From Chiloscyllium plagiosum (taxonomy: Eukaryota): a stretch of 64,000 bases of DNA. The notes under the pieces were generated by a model that was given only the letters and a program-made list of their open reading frames with translations, was not told the DNA's origin and made no database searches. Shown here piece by piece: positions 22,921 to 35,866 of this stretch. The stretch lies in NCBI RefSeq assembly GCF_004010195.1, contig NC_057711.1:27663566-27727565 (forward strand), written 5' to 3'. Positions within the stretch are counted from its first letter, which is position 1; every line of letters starts with the position of its first letter. A program made the position numbers and the translations under genes.

Positions 22921-25561
22921 CATGATGTTCAGAACCTCTCTTCCCAATTTACCAATCTGATGAGTGCCGTCATTAAACAGTTAGCTGGTACTTAGTATAT
23001 TATTGATGAACTGCAATAACTTTACATTAAGACCCACAGAAACCATAATTATGGCCCAGAATATTAAATGTATGTCGTAGCGCTAAGTACAGATGCCTGA
23101 GAAAGTTAGTTATCCTGGAACCAAACAGGTTTGCTGTTTGTAGAGGAGATCTTTGGGGATTGCCCTCTATAAAACTTGTAAATCCTTCTAAAGAAGAATG
23201 ATCTTCTCAGCACATATGAAATAATTAAGAGATTCTATAGGCTAAAGGGAAATGAGGTGAGAATGAAAATGGTGTTGAGTTACAGGATAAGCCAGGATCA
23301 TGTTGAATGGCAGAGTTGGCTCAAAGGACTAAATAGCGTACTCCTCCTATTTTCGATGTGTCAGACCGACTTCAGGCATGCCTCAGATCCTTCTGAAAGC
23401 ACCTGATATATTACACTGCTGCTGCCCACTTCAGAGAAGTTCCTTGTTTCCTGTATTGTCTTAATGTTTGAGATTCAAATAATCATATGCTTCATTAGCC
23501 TTAACAAATTCTGGCGATGGATGTAGAGACACAAGTTTCTTAAAAAGGGTATAGTGTCTTCATTTGTTTCAGTTCTGTTCGAAACCATGATTCAATTCTG
23601 ATTTTTAAAAAATTTCTGTGTAATAGGTGGTAGGAATTTAGTCCAAGTCCCCCAGCTGATTCCTAACATCATTTCACAGGCAAACTTCAGCAATGTTTGG
23701 TTTTGTTGTAGTCGCATTTCTTCTGTTTTCCCTTTCTCAACATTCATGACTTCACTATAAATAACTTGGACTTTGTTATCCCTGTAGATATTTTCCTAAC
23801 CAACCTGTTCACCTCAAGTAAAATTGAGTGAGGAAGCTAAAGTTTAGTCTTGTTAAATGAAACCACTTGAATAGAAGTGCTATTTATTACTTGATCTTAA
23901 TTTCAAACAGATTTGATCTATGAGACTCTGTATGAAATTTCTCTGAATTTGGGATGGAAATCTTTTTAATAAAAAAAGTGATAATCAAATTATTTTGAGA
24001 TTAGATTGGAAGGGGAAGAATGGGGTTTATGCTGTATGTAACTTTGCTACATTTGACCTCGGCACGTTTGATGCTAGTACTGAATGCCCAAAATAGAAAA
24101 TGTTTCATTCCCATCATAAGCATCACTTGAGTTGATGAGCACAAACATCTATCTATTATGACTGGATTGTTTCTGAGTAAAGATACGAAATACAGAGCGG
24201 TAACCAAAGGTAGTTTGAGATTAAACATCCATTGTGCAGACAATCTCAGTGAGCAATTTTGTTCTGATGTATTATTTCAATTGTGAGCATGTTCTTAATC
24301 AGTTTCCAAACCACTTTAATCACCTTGACAGTTTTAGATCTGACTTGAACTGTTCAATGTTTGAAGTCTATTATGACGGGAGGAAGGATAAAAGGATGAT
24401 TGTGCTATAAATCCAAAACCGAAAGTGATATTTTAATAAAATAAAATACATAGTTTAAAGAAAGAGCAGTGACTACTTGGATATGAATACAAGGTTATCC
24501 TTGTGGTCATAAACAATAACCGTGAAATATGATCAATTTATTGCAGTCTGAAACTCAGATAGGCTTACTGCTTTGAAATTCTTCAGGCTGCATATACCTT
24601 TTCCCTCTCGAGCTCACTTAGTTAGCACTGGCTGTTGGTACATAACACTAAAGAATTAATGATCAACATTTATCACATGATTAATTGATGACTGAACCAT
24701 ATACTGGTTCTCCCTTGCTTGTGGGCAAAATATTTTATGTTTAGCCAAGGTATAATATGTTTTTGAGAGCTGAACACCGTTATTAAGTCCATGACTTGAG
24801 CTTGCATCTGAGTCATTGAGTTGTGTGATTTTTGTTAATTGTTTAAAAGTGATGTTCAAAAGCTTTAAAAGATTTTCCATGCATTTCAGTGTAGTGTTTG
24901 GGTTGAAATGTGGCCAAAGTTTAATTCCTGAGTTGTCTGATGTTTAAAGGCTGTATGATCAAATTTAGCACTGACCCATTCGATTGTAAGAAGTTTAATA
25001 TTATTTAGATGACAATGTGGGATTTTGGCAAACAATACTATTTAGCAGCATCTTTTTGAGTATTTTGAACTGTTTAGAATGAACACAGATAACTAAAAAT
25101 TAATGTGTTCGTATTTCCATATGGGATGCTTTACTGGACAATTAAAATAGCAGGAAAGCTTTGTTTTGAGCATTTGGATCTCTTTCACAGTAATTGCAAC
25201 TCTTCCTCTGGAGGATGGAGGTGTTGCATTTACGCTGTGTAAAATTCAATGGATGAAGTGTGTAAATTTTGGGGAGAGGGGGTGAAATTTTGTCTTGAGT
25301 CAAAACTGTTCGTCTGATTTGAAAGGATGTAGGAATAGATGTTTGTGTCGGTATACTTTATTTTTGTGATGACAGGGTGTCTCAACGCACTTTGCCTCAA
25401 AACTGCTTCATTGCAGTATGGTCACTGTGGTAATCTAAGGAATGTAGTAGACAATGCGTGTACAATAAGGACACTGCCCTACTCTTCAAATCAGTGTATG
25501 CATGGGGTAGCAGAGAATTCAGGGTTGATCAATGCCCTAATGGAAGTGGATTCTTCTTTGT

Positions 25562-25715
25562 TCAAGACTGATTGGACCCAATGTAGAGGAGACCGCATCG
25601 GGAGCAACGGATACAATAAATGATATTAGTGCATGTGCAGGTAAAACTTTGGATGTGGAAGGCTCCTTTAAGGCCTTGGATAGAGGTGAGGGAGGAGGTG
25701 GGAGGCTGGGCGCCT
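25562..25715 (-). mobile_element. PLE GIY-YIG N-terminal fragment
   Basis: SIQGLKGAFHIQSFTCTCTNIIYCIRCSRCGLLYIG. Confidence 0.85.
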
Positions 25716-25888
25716 NNNNNNNNNNNNNNNNNNNNNNNNNNNNNNNNNNNNNNNNNNNNNNNNNNNNNNNNNNNNNNNNNNNNNNNNNNNNNNNNNNNNN
25801 NNNNNNNNNNNNNNNNNNNNNNNNNNNNNNNNNNNNNNNNNNNNNNNNNNNNNNNNNNNNNNNNNNNNNNNNNNNNNNNNNNNNNNNN
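25716..25888. other. Assembly gap
   Basis: Run of N. Confidence 1.
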
Positions 25889-26108
25889 CCCCACTCACCT
25901 ATTGTACTCTATGCTACTTTCTCCCCACCCCCACCCTCCTCTAGCTTATCTCTCCACGCTTCAGGCTCACTGCCTTTATTCCTGATGAAGGGCTTTTGCC
26001 CGAAACGTCGATTTTGCTGCTCGTCGGATGCTGCCTGAATTGCTGTGCTCTTACAGCACCACTGATCCAGAATCTTGTTTCCAGCATCTGCAGTCATTGT
26101 TTTTACCT
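25889..26108 (+). mobile_element. PLE 3' terminal (pLTR) region
   Basis: C-rich leader, hammerhead motif, family body and tail ccagcatctgcagtcattgtttttacc. Confidence 0.85.
25982..26009 (+). ncRNA. Minimal type I hammerhead ribozyme motif, intact core
   Basis: CTGATGA-A-GGGC tttt GCCC-GAAA-CGTC; predicted cleavage after GUC at 26009. Confidence 0.8.
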
Positions 26109-26775
26109 CAGTGGGCCAATTGGCCTAATTCTGCTCACATGGTCTTGTACATGAAAGGAATTAGACAAGTTAATGACCCTGTTCACATTGGCCACCAATA
26201 GCTCACTGCTTGCATAAAAGGACTGTTATTTCGGCTGCAGGCAACAAATACCTGTCAAAGGCAAGAACCAGACAAAAAATGCTTTAGCACAAATTTCTTT
26301 TTGAGTCAGCAGAAGTATTTGACTTAATTGTTTTTATCACACTTTATGCTTTTTAATAAATTGTACTTGTTTCCTCATATTTCAGTTGTAGGTTCATGTT
26401 TTTAAAGTTCTGATTGCACTGAGAAAAGTTAACTCTTTTCTTCTATCACTGATCTGTGATATTGTACATGCTATCTTGGCTTTCATAGCACTTGGGAGGA
26501 AACAAAAGGAGTTTTCATGGGGAAAAAATCTTACGTTACCCTTTTAGTAAAAAAAAATCCACATTGCGTTTTTCCTATTGCCAGTTACAATATGCATCCT
26601 CGGTCTAGATATTTTTAAGACAAAAAGCCAAGTGTTTCCAGATTTTTCTACCTTAATTATAGCTGTACATTGATTGGATCCTTTACTAGTCACATTCTTC
26701 ACATATTTTAGGATATTCATTTTGGGAAAACAACTATTCCATGTAAGAGAGTTTTGAGAAGCTTTGTAACTCAGG

Positions 26776-28207
26776 TTGAGGTTCTGGATGCAGGTTTGCT
26801 CACTGAGCTGGAAGGTTTGTTTTCAGACGTTTTGTCACCATACCAGGTAACATCAGGATGACGCACCGGTGGTATGGCCCGCTTTCTATTTGTGTTTAGG
26901 TTTCTTTAGGTTGGTGATGTCATTTCCTGTGGTGACATAATTTCCTGTTGTTTTTCTCAGTGGATGGTAAATGGGATCTAAATCAATATGTATGTTGACC
27001 GAGGTCCAACTGGAATACCATGCTTCCAGGAATTCTCGTGCATGTCTCTGTTTGGCTTGTCCTAGGATGGATGTGGTGTTCCATTCGAAGTGGTGTCCTT
27101 CCTCATCTGTATGTAAGGATACTGGTGAGAGTGGGTCACGTGTTTTTGTGGTGAGTTAATGTTTAGATTAGGTTAGATTAGATTAATTACAGTGTGGAAA
27201 CCGGTCCTTCAGCCCAACAAGTCCACAACAACCCTCCGAAGAGCGACCCACCCAGACCCATGCCCCTACATTTACCTCTTCACCTAACACTATAGGCAAT
27301 TTAGCATGGCCACAGACACTGGGAGAATGTGCAAACACTACACAGTTGCCTGAGGTGGGAATTGAACCCAGGTCTCTGGCGCTGTGAGGCCGCAGTGCTA
27401 ACCACTGTGCCACCATGTTCATGTATCCTGGTGGCTAGTTTTCTGCCTGTTTGTTCAATATAGTGTTTATTACAGTTTTTGCAAGGTATTTTGTAAATGA
27501 TATTAGTTTTGCTTGTTGACTGTATGAAATCTTTCAGTTCATTAGCTGCTGTTTTAGTGTGTTGGGTTTGTGGGCTACCATGACACCAAGCGGTCTGAGT
27601 AGTCTGGCAGTCATTTCTGAGATGTCTTTGATGTAGGGGAGAGTGGCTAGGGTTTCTGGATGCATTTTGTCTGCTTTGTTTGGGTTTGTTGCTGAGCAAT
27701 CAGCGGACTGTGTTCATTGAGTACCTGTTCTTTTTGAATACACTGTACAGGTAATTTTCCTCTGCTGTTTGTAGTTCCTCTGTGCTGCAGTGTGTGGTGG
27801 CTCATTGAAATAATATTACAGGATACATGAACATCAATTAGCAACAAAAAGACATGACCCTCTCTCACAAATTTCATTACATACAGATGAGGAAGGACAG
27901 CACTTCGGCTGGAACAACACATCCATCCTCGGGCAAGCCAAACAGAAACATGCATGAGAATTCCGAGAAGCATGGCATTCCAACTGGAATTCTGTCAACA
28001 AACACATTGACTTGGATCCCATTTACCACCCCCAACAAAAAGAACAGGAAATGATGTCACCACAGGAAACTATGTCACTAATCCAAGCAAACCTAAACAC
28101 ATAAATAGAAAGCAGGTCATACCACCAGTACTTCATCTGGAGGCTCGCTGATGATGTTAGTATGAAAACGAACCATCCAGCTCGGTGATCAAACCTACAC
28201 CCAGAAC
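26776..28207 (-). mobile_element. Second PLE family (Penelope/Poseidon-like) with an inverted pLTR
   Basis: Minus body encodes KTNIIYKIPCKNCNKHYIEQTGRKLATRIHEH; 27817-28207 is an inverted copy of its 3' part; decayed hammerhead cores near 26826-26856 (-) and 28148 (+). Confidence 0.88.
27164..27414 (-). mobile_element. HE1-type SINE with an internal deletion, nested in the PLE
   Basis: tRNA-like head and (TCTAA)n tail; atgtt on both sides (27159-27163, 27415-27419). Confidence 0.9.
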
Positions 28208-28269
28208 TATTCCATGTTATTACAGGAGCTAAAATAAATGCGTAAAGTATTATGGAAATCCAAAGATAT

Positions 28270-29200
28270 TTCCTACATTCACTTTTCTCGGAACATAGGA
28301 GCCAAAGTAGGCTATTCAGCCAGTCAAGCCCATACCACCATTTAATGTGATCATGGCGAATTGTACATGTAATACCTTCTACCCAAAGACTGAGCTTCCA
28401 CAGCACGGTGGCACAGTGGTTAGCACTGCTGCCTCAGCGCCAGAGACCTGGGTTCAATTCCCGACTCAGGTGACTGACTGTGTGGAGTTTGCACATTCTC
28501 CCTGTGTCTGCGCGGGTTTCCTCCGGGTGCTCCGGTTTCCTCCCACAGTCCAAAGATGTGCAGGTTAGGTGAATTGGCCATGCTAAATTGCCCGTAGTAT
28601 TAGGTAAAGGGGTAAATGTAGGGGAATGGGTGGGTTGCGCTTCGGCGGGTCCGTGTGGATTTGTTGGGCCGAAGGCCTGTTCCCACACTAAGTAATTTAA
28701 TCTAAAAAGCCCTCTGCGAATTGCAAAAGTAGAGAATTTTTAAAATTCATGTAAAAAAGTGTTCTCCTCGACTTGGTCTAAAATAACATGTAAATTGTGT
28801 CCCCTGGTTCTAGATTCCACACCCACAGGAAGTCGCTTGCCTGCATCTACCCTGTCTGTCCACTTGTGTTTTGTAGATTTCAATGCGATCATCTGTCATT
28901 CTTTTTGTATCTTTAGAGAATACTGGCCCAGTTTGCTAAATCTTGTTCATCTGTCATCCTAGGAACAAATCTGTGAACTTTCATTACGTTCTGTCTCCAG
29001 CAATAATATCTTTGCTGTGATAAGGAGACTAAAACTGCTCTTAGCACTCCAGGTGCAATCTAACCGAAATTCAAAACAACAAGACTTCACTAATCCTGTC
29101 CTGAAATTCTCTTGCAATAAATGTGAATATTCCATCAGCCTTCCTAATAGCTTGCTACACCTACATATTAGCCTTCAATGATTTATTGATGAAACTAACC
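28270..29200 (-). mobile_element. Degenerate CR1 3' fragment split by a SINE
   Basis: CR1 3'UTR at about 28285-28400 and decayed ORF2 C-terminus at about 28710-29200. Confidence 0.6.
28403..28705 (+). mobile_element. HE1-type V-SINE
   Basis: A box tggcacagtgg, B box ggttcaattcc, intact V-domain, tctaa tail. Confidence 0.93.
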
Positions 29201-30014
29201 TGTTGTCTCATCTTTCCTCCTTCAGTCGAAGCAAAGCGCTCAGACGCAGTGTAGTTTTATCTCCTCCATCTTTATTCTGGACCCTGGAGGGAAAGTGAAT
29301 GATCGCCCATGTTCCCAGGGACATGAGTTCACAGTCTTCCCTGGAACAGCATTTTCTCAATGAACTATATAGTCTTTTTACAGTGGGGAGCATTTAGATA
29401 AGGCAACATACATATTGATTGGGTAACTGTTACAATCCGAGTGTGTCAATAGTAAAGATTAAGACACCTGCTGTTCCACAATGAATAACTGGCTTCACAT
29501 AATGAATACTTTTCACCTTGTTAAACTGACCTCACATATTGAATGCTTCCTCATCTCGATAAAATGGCTGTACATAATTAATGCTTTTCCACCTTGTTAA
29601 CCCATTACCCTTGCCTGCAACACACGATTGTAAACTGTAAGTTCTTATCTGGATTGAGTCATGCTCAGCTGAACCTCTTGTTTCACAAAACTCAGAACTT
29701 AACTCCTTCCCTGTCTTATACTCTATACGCATTCTCAAACCAAGTTCTTTTTTTCTAACTCATTTGCAGATAATCAGTTTTTAAGCTTAAGGGACAATGT
29801 GATCAACTCTTATTCCTTTATATTCAGTAGTACTTCTGATTGTGTTTTACAGCAAGAAATTCTTGACTTGCAGAATTACCTAATTCCAACTTACAAATGT
29901 CTAGTGTTGTTGCTTAAGCTAGTATTTTTTTTGGGAACAGATTGAAAGCATTTCAGAGCCTTTACAACATGCCAACTACCTTTTAGAGGGACTAATAAGT
30001 TTTTGTATGTTTAG

Positions 30015-30094
30015 GTCCAATGAAGCTGAACCAAGGCACTGACTGGAACGAAGGAAGAATCAACATATTCCAAGAATCCTGAGCCGTTCCACTG
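30015..30094 (+). other. Candidate non-coding exon (80 nt)
   Basis: Branch-like gactaat, ttttgtatgtttAG acceptor, CTG|GTAATT donor; stops in all three frames. Confidence 0.35.
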
Positions 30095-30805
30095 GTAATT
30101 GTTCAGCACTCTTTCCTAGAACTTTGGAACCACTGTTAAAAGGGGAATTTTGAAATGCACACAACAAAACTGCTTATTATGAAATGTGAGGCAAGGGAGC
30201 TGTTGAAATATCAGATTCTACAAGGGAATGTTGGAACCATCCTAGTTGTGCTGTGGTAGTATTACAGAATATGAAGGGTGTTCAGCTTGTATTGTCTTTA
30301 GGAATGCTGCCTAAATGGTTTCTCTTCAATGATCTCTTTTAAAATTGCCATGCTCACCTCCAAGCTGATAACTTGTGCACTTGAGTATAGAAGAACGTTG
30401 GACCATGTATTTCAGCTGTGGACTCATTGTGTTTTAAGAGCTCTCAGCGGCCTCACCTTTTTGTACTGTGCAGGTGCTCATTTTGTATTCTGGTCTGTTG
30501 TCATTTTGTACAAGTGAGGAACTGAGAATACAGCTAAGAACAAGACTATGGGAAATTGCAGAAGAGCTTCTAATAAATGGTAGACGCCTTAAAAGAGTAG
30601 TGACTTCTGGTATATTTCCTCTTTGGGATGATTTTAGTTTACTGCTGTGTAGGCTTAATCTAGGTTGTAGAGTGATCATTATGATGTTTCATGGTCACAA
30701 GTTGTTGTTTTTTTGAGAATACCTACAATACTGCCTGTATCTGCTGTTGCAATAAAAATACATGGCATGTCACCTCCATGTTTGGAAAAAATTGTGTCAC
30801 TTCAG

Positions 30806-30910
30806 AGCATGACAAGTGCTGAGGGAGAACTATTCAAATTACACTCTTGTGAGGATGAATCCCTACGTATCTACCAAATAAGAGACATTTAAAGAATTCA
30901 GCATTGGCAG
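30806..30910 (+). other. Candidate non-coding exon (105 nt)
   Basis: cacttcAG acceptor, CAG|GTAATG donor, U-rich downstream; stops in all three frames. Confidence 0.3.
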
Positions 30911-31217
30911 GTAATGTTAGTTTTGCATTTTTGTTTTGAAAGTTTTGGTTCGATAGTTGGTTGTTACAGCAATTTTATTTTAATTGGTCCACTCGATAAA
31001 CTGCCAAAATTTAATGCCTCAAATGTTGCGAAATTTACTGTATTATTCTGCCCATTTATTAGAGCTTGTTAATTTATTTACCTCAATATAAATATACTTG
31101 TTCAATTGAGTGGCTGCACGAAATATCAATTTCTTCTCAAATGGCGAGATCTACTGCGATGCCAGCAGTCAGTTGGGAGTGCGAGAGAGAAGTTTTATTT
31201 AAGGAAGAGTTGCATTA

Positions 31218-31407
31218 CAGGTCATTCTGCTATAACGCATGTTTCATTAATGTGAGTTTGCTATAACATGATCGACAAATTGGGGACACTGCTTCTAAAG
31301 CACAAAGTTTAAAAGCGTGCATTGGTTATAGCACGATTTTGGCCCTTTAATTTGTTGCAGCGGGATTGCACAGGAATGGAACTAACACATTATAGCAGAA
31401 CCGACTG
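31218..31407. mobile_element. Tc1/mariner (pogo/Tigger-like) MITE
   Basis: Imperfect 20-bp TIRs CAGGTCATTCTGCTATAACG / CATTATAGCAGAACCGACTG, TA on both sides. Confidence 0.75.
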
Positions 31408-32200
31408 TATTATTTGTGATTTATGCTGTAAATAAAATGTAGCAGTGATGTGCAGACCCTCGCATAACATTTCTGTTACTTAGTGTGTGTTTTTATATAA
31501 ATGTGACCTTTTTGATTATCCAGAATAATTGATTAACTGGCATACTCTTGGTCCATTAGGAGCCAAATAGTTAAAAAAAATACTGAATTTGCAGTAGCTT
31601 ATTTAGATCACTGATCTAGGTCTGGTAACTATTCAATGTGGTTCAATTAATTTAACTAGCAAGCACGCTTATTGCTTTACTGTTAACGAGGTGCCATGAT
31701 TATCAAAAGAGATGCATTTAATTTTGGAAATCAAGGTATAATTAAGGGCTAAACGTTCCTATGCACCAAAGTGATCGTGCTATAATGAACTGGTTCCTAA
31801 TTAGATGATGTCTTGGACAAATAAAATTGTTAAACAGGTGAATCCTTTGATAGCATAGACTAGCGTTATATTTAAGTTGATCTTTTATCCAATGTTACAA
31901 AGTATGGAATGCTTATGAAAACAGTTCATTCTAAGTCTGTTGGAATAAAGTGCATAGTTTAACGTGCCTTGGATTGAGGTAGTATTTGGAAAAGCAGTAA
32001 ATATTCGTATTCACTTCTGTCTATACGTCATCTTCAAAGTTCAGGATTGTTCAGGATTTGAGCATTATAGTTAGCTGATACAAAGTAGTTTAATGGTTTG
32101 TCCTTTGACTATTCATGTCTGCCAGGAGCCACTTTCCCCAGCAAGCATATCTTGTGAAGATGGCATTGTTTGAATGTGAGTTGGTTTTGTAATCAGAATA

Positions 32201-32294
32201 GCTGAAAATGTGTTGCTGGAAAAGCGCAGCAGGTCAGACAGCATCCAAGGAGCAGGAGAATCGACGTTTCGGGCATGAGCCCTTCTTCAGGAAT
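32201..32294 (-). repeat. Young tail-less PLE arm with hammerhead
   Basis: Same subfamily as 13040-13127 and 46894-47023. Confidence 0.88.
32263..32290 (-). ncRNA. Minimal type I hammerhead ribozyme motif, intact core
   Basis: Reverse complement CTGAAGA-A-GGGC tcat GCCC-GAAA-CGTC. Confidence 0.8.
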
Positions 32295-33246
32295 CCTATT
32301 TCAATATTTAATCCAGAAGGCTGTGGAGTTCCCAAATGGAAAATGAAGTACTGTCCTTCCAACTTGCGCAGAGCATTGCTGGAGCACTGCAGCAAGCCTG
32401 AGACAGAAATGGTGATCAGGGAACATGGTAGTGTATTGAAGTGGCGGACAACTGGAAGCTTCGGGTCATTTTTGTGGACAGAACGTAGCGATTCACCCAG
32501 TCTATGCTTCACTTGCCCAATATAGAGGAGACCATGTTGTGAGCAGTAGACTAAATTCTGTGAAGTGCAGGAAAAGCACTACTTCACCTCGAAGATGTAT
32601 CCAGGCTTAGGAGGGAGGAAGTAAACTGGCAGATACTACACCTTCTGCGGTTGCAGGGTGGCTTGGGGTTGTGGGGCGGTGGTGAAAGAGGACTGTACCA
32701 GAATATCCCGGGGGGGAGCAGTTCCTGTGGAATGCAGACAAGGGAGAGAAGGAAAATATGTGTCTTCTGCTGGTGTTTTTATTTTTGGAGGTGGTGAAAG
32801 TTGCAGCTAATGATCCTTTTGGATGTGGATACTGATGGGGGTGGTAGGTGAGGACAAGGGGGTGCTTATCACTGTTGTGGGAGGGAAGGGAAAGGGTGAA
32901 GCCTCAGTGCGGCAGATGTGTCAGACCTGACTGAGAGCCCTATCAGCTACGTTGTTGGGAAATCCTCTGTTGAGGAAGAAGGTGGACATTTTGGAGTGCT
33001 GAAGTTGGCATCATCAGAACCGATGCAATGGAGATGGAGTAACTGGGAGAATGGAATTGAATCTTTTATAGGAAGCAAGGTCAAGGTAATTGTGGGAGTC
33101 GCTTGATTTATGATGGATCTTGGTAGCGAGCCTCTCACCAGAAATGGAAACTAGAGGTGTTGAAGAAGGGAAAGGAAGAGTTAGAAATGGCCAGATGAAA
33201 GTGAGAGTGGAGTGGAAATTGGAAGTGACATTGATAAATGTTTCCA

Positions 33247-34421
33247 CATAGAGTCATAGAGATGTACAGCATGGAAACAGACCCTTCGGTCCGACCAGAT
33301 ATCCCAACCCAATCTAGTCCCAACTGCTAGCACCCGGCCCATATTCCTCCAAACCCTTCCTATTCATATACCCATCCAAATGCCTCTTAAATGTTGCAAT
33401 TGTACCAGCCTCCACCNNNNNNNNNNNNNNNNNNNNNNNNNNNNNNNNNNNNNNNNNNNNNNNNNNNNNNNNNNNNNNNNNNNNNNNNNNNNNNNNNNNN
33501 NNNNNNNNNNNNNNNNACCTCCCAACTCCTGTACTCAATATTCTGACCAATAAACGAAAGCATATCAAATGCCACCTTCACTATCCTATGTACCTGCGAC
33601 TCCACTTTCAAGGAGCTATGAACCTGCACTCCAAGGTCTCTTTGTTCAGTGGCGTTTTCATCCCAAAATGCAGCACCTCGCATTTATCTGAATTAAACTC
33701 CATCTGCCACTTCTCAGCCCATTGGCCCATCTGGTCCAGATCCTGTTGTAATCTGAGGTAACCCTCTTCGCTGTCCACTACACCTCCAATTTTGGTGTCA
33801 TCTGCAAACTTACTAACTGTACTCCTTCTGCTCGCATCCAAATCATTTATATAAATGACAAAAAGTAGATCCTTGTAGCACTCCACAGGTCACAGGCCTC
33901 CAGTCTGAAAAACAACCCTCCAACATCACCCTCTGTCTTCTACCTTTGAGCCAGTTCTGTATCCAAATGGCTAGTTATCCCTGTATTCCATGAGATCTAA
34001 CCTTGCTAATCAGTCTCCCATGGGGAACCTTGTCGAACGCCTTACTGAAGTCCATATAGATCATATCTACTGCTCTGCCCTCATCAATCTTCTTTGTTAC
34101 TTCAAAAAGCTCGATCATGATTGTGAGACATGATTTCCTACGCTCAAAGCCATGTTGACCATCCCTAATCAGTCCTTGCCTTTCCAAATACATGTACATC
34201 CTGTCCCTCCGGATTCCCTCCTACAACTTGCCCACCACCGACGTCAGGCTCACCGGTCTATAGTTCCGTGCCTCGTCTTTACCACCCTTCTTAAACAGTG
34301 GCATCACGTTTGCCAACCTCCAGTCTTCCGGCACCTCACCTGTGATAATCGATGATGCAAATATCTCAGCAAGAGGCCCAGCAATCACTTCTCTAGCTTC
34401 CCACAGAGTTCTCGGGAACAT
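33247..34421 (-). mobile_element. CR1 LINE fragment (RT plus 3'UTR) nested in the PLE
   Basis: VPEDWRLANVMPLFKKG...NYRPVSLTSVVGKL, YMDFSKAFDKVPH, SKFADDTK; frameshifted. Confidence 0.93.
33417..33516. other. Assembly gap
   Basis: Run of 100 N. Confidence 1.
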
Positions 34422-35202
34422 GTAGAAGAGAGAGGGAAGCAGCACCGATGATATCATTGATATGCCAGAGAAATAACTATTGGTGGGGCATGGAATAAGA
34501 CTGGACTAAAGAATGAACCAGTTACCCCAAAAAGAGACAGACATAAGTTAGGGCTCATGCTGTTACTGATGGCCACCTGTTTTGACCTGAAGAGCGTGAG
34601 AGGCAATAAAAGAGAAGTTGTTCAGAGTGAGGATGAACTTGGCCAGGTGGACGAGGCTGGTTGTCGATGAGGGTGGTCTAGGCCTATCTTCCAGGAAGAG
34701 ATGGAGTATAAAGGGATACTCCGTCCTGCTGGGAGATGGATGTATGAAGGGATTGCACATCTATGGTAAAGAGGAGGCCGCTGGAGCCCGCGAACTGGAA
34801 ATTCTGAAACTGACTTCAAGCATCAGAGGAATTGCAGATGTAAGTAAGAATCGACTGGACTTGGGGAGAAAAGACAGTGTCGGGGTAAGAAGAGCTGAGT
34901 TATGTGGGGCAGGAGTGGGCAGAAGCAATGGTCTGCCTGTGCAGTCATGTTTGTGGATTTTGGGAAGTTGGTGGAAGTGAACTGTGCAGGGTTGGGAGAC
35001 AATAAGCTTGGAGGCAGTTGGGGGGAGATCACCAGATGAAATGAAGTTAGTGACGGCTGTGGATACAGTAACTCGATGCTCTTAAGTTGAGGGGGGTAAA
35101 GGTCTAGCAGGCAAATAAGCTGAGCTATCTGAGAGCCGGAACTCAGTCTCTGCAATGTACAGGTCAGTCCGTCAGACAGAGACACAGGATTTTTTGCCCA
35201 GG

Positions 35203-35866
35203 AGTGTCTCAAGGTAACATTGCAGGTTCAGTCAGTTGTTAGGAAGGCAAATGCAATGATGGCATTTGTTTTGAGAGGACTCGAATACAAAACAAGGATG
35301 TTCTTCTGAGTCTCTAAAAGGCTCTGGTCAGGCCACATTTGGAGTATTGTGTGCAGTTTTGGGCCCATGTCTCAGTTACGAAGTACTAGCCCTGGAGTGT
35401 GCTCAGAGGAGGTTCACGAGAATAGTCCCACGAATGAAGAACTTAATATCTGAGGAACATTTGAGGACTCTGGGGCTATACTCGATGGAGTACAGAAGGA
35501 TTGGGGCAGGGGGGATGTAATTGAAACATGCAGAATACTGAATGGCCTGGACAGAGTAGATATGGGAAGATGTTTCCATTGGTAGGAGAGACTAGGTCCT
35601 GAGCGTATAGCCTTAAAGTAAAGGGAAGGTCTTTTAGAACAGATGAAGTCTTATCTGTCAGAATGGTGAATCTGTGGGATTAATTGCTACAAAAGGCTTT
35701 GGAGGCCAGGTCATGCTCTATACTTAAGACTGATTAGGTTCTTGAGTACCAAGAGGATCAAAGGTTACAGGGAGAATGGGGTTGAGAAACTTATCAGCCA
35801 TGATTGAATGGTGGAGCAGGCCTGATGGGTTGAATGGCCTAACTTCTGTTCCTATGTCCTATGATC
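35203..35866 (+). mobile_element. Degenerate CR1 3' fragment
   Basis: gtcaggccacatttggagtattgtgtgcagttttgg (RPHLEYCVQFW) plus 3'UTR. Confidence 0.85.

Larger units (their letters stand above)
32295..35200 (-). mobile_element. Degenerate Penelope-like element (RT plus GIY-YIG), split by a CR1
   Basis: ILTLNNFSF, decayed YIDD (HINDIIGAASL), ETFINVTSNFHSTLTFIW, DSIPFSQLLHL, LPVVRHFN...FIFHLGTPQPSGLNIE. Confidence 0.85.
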
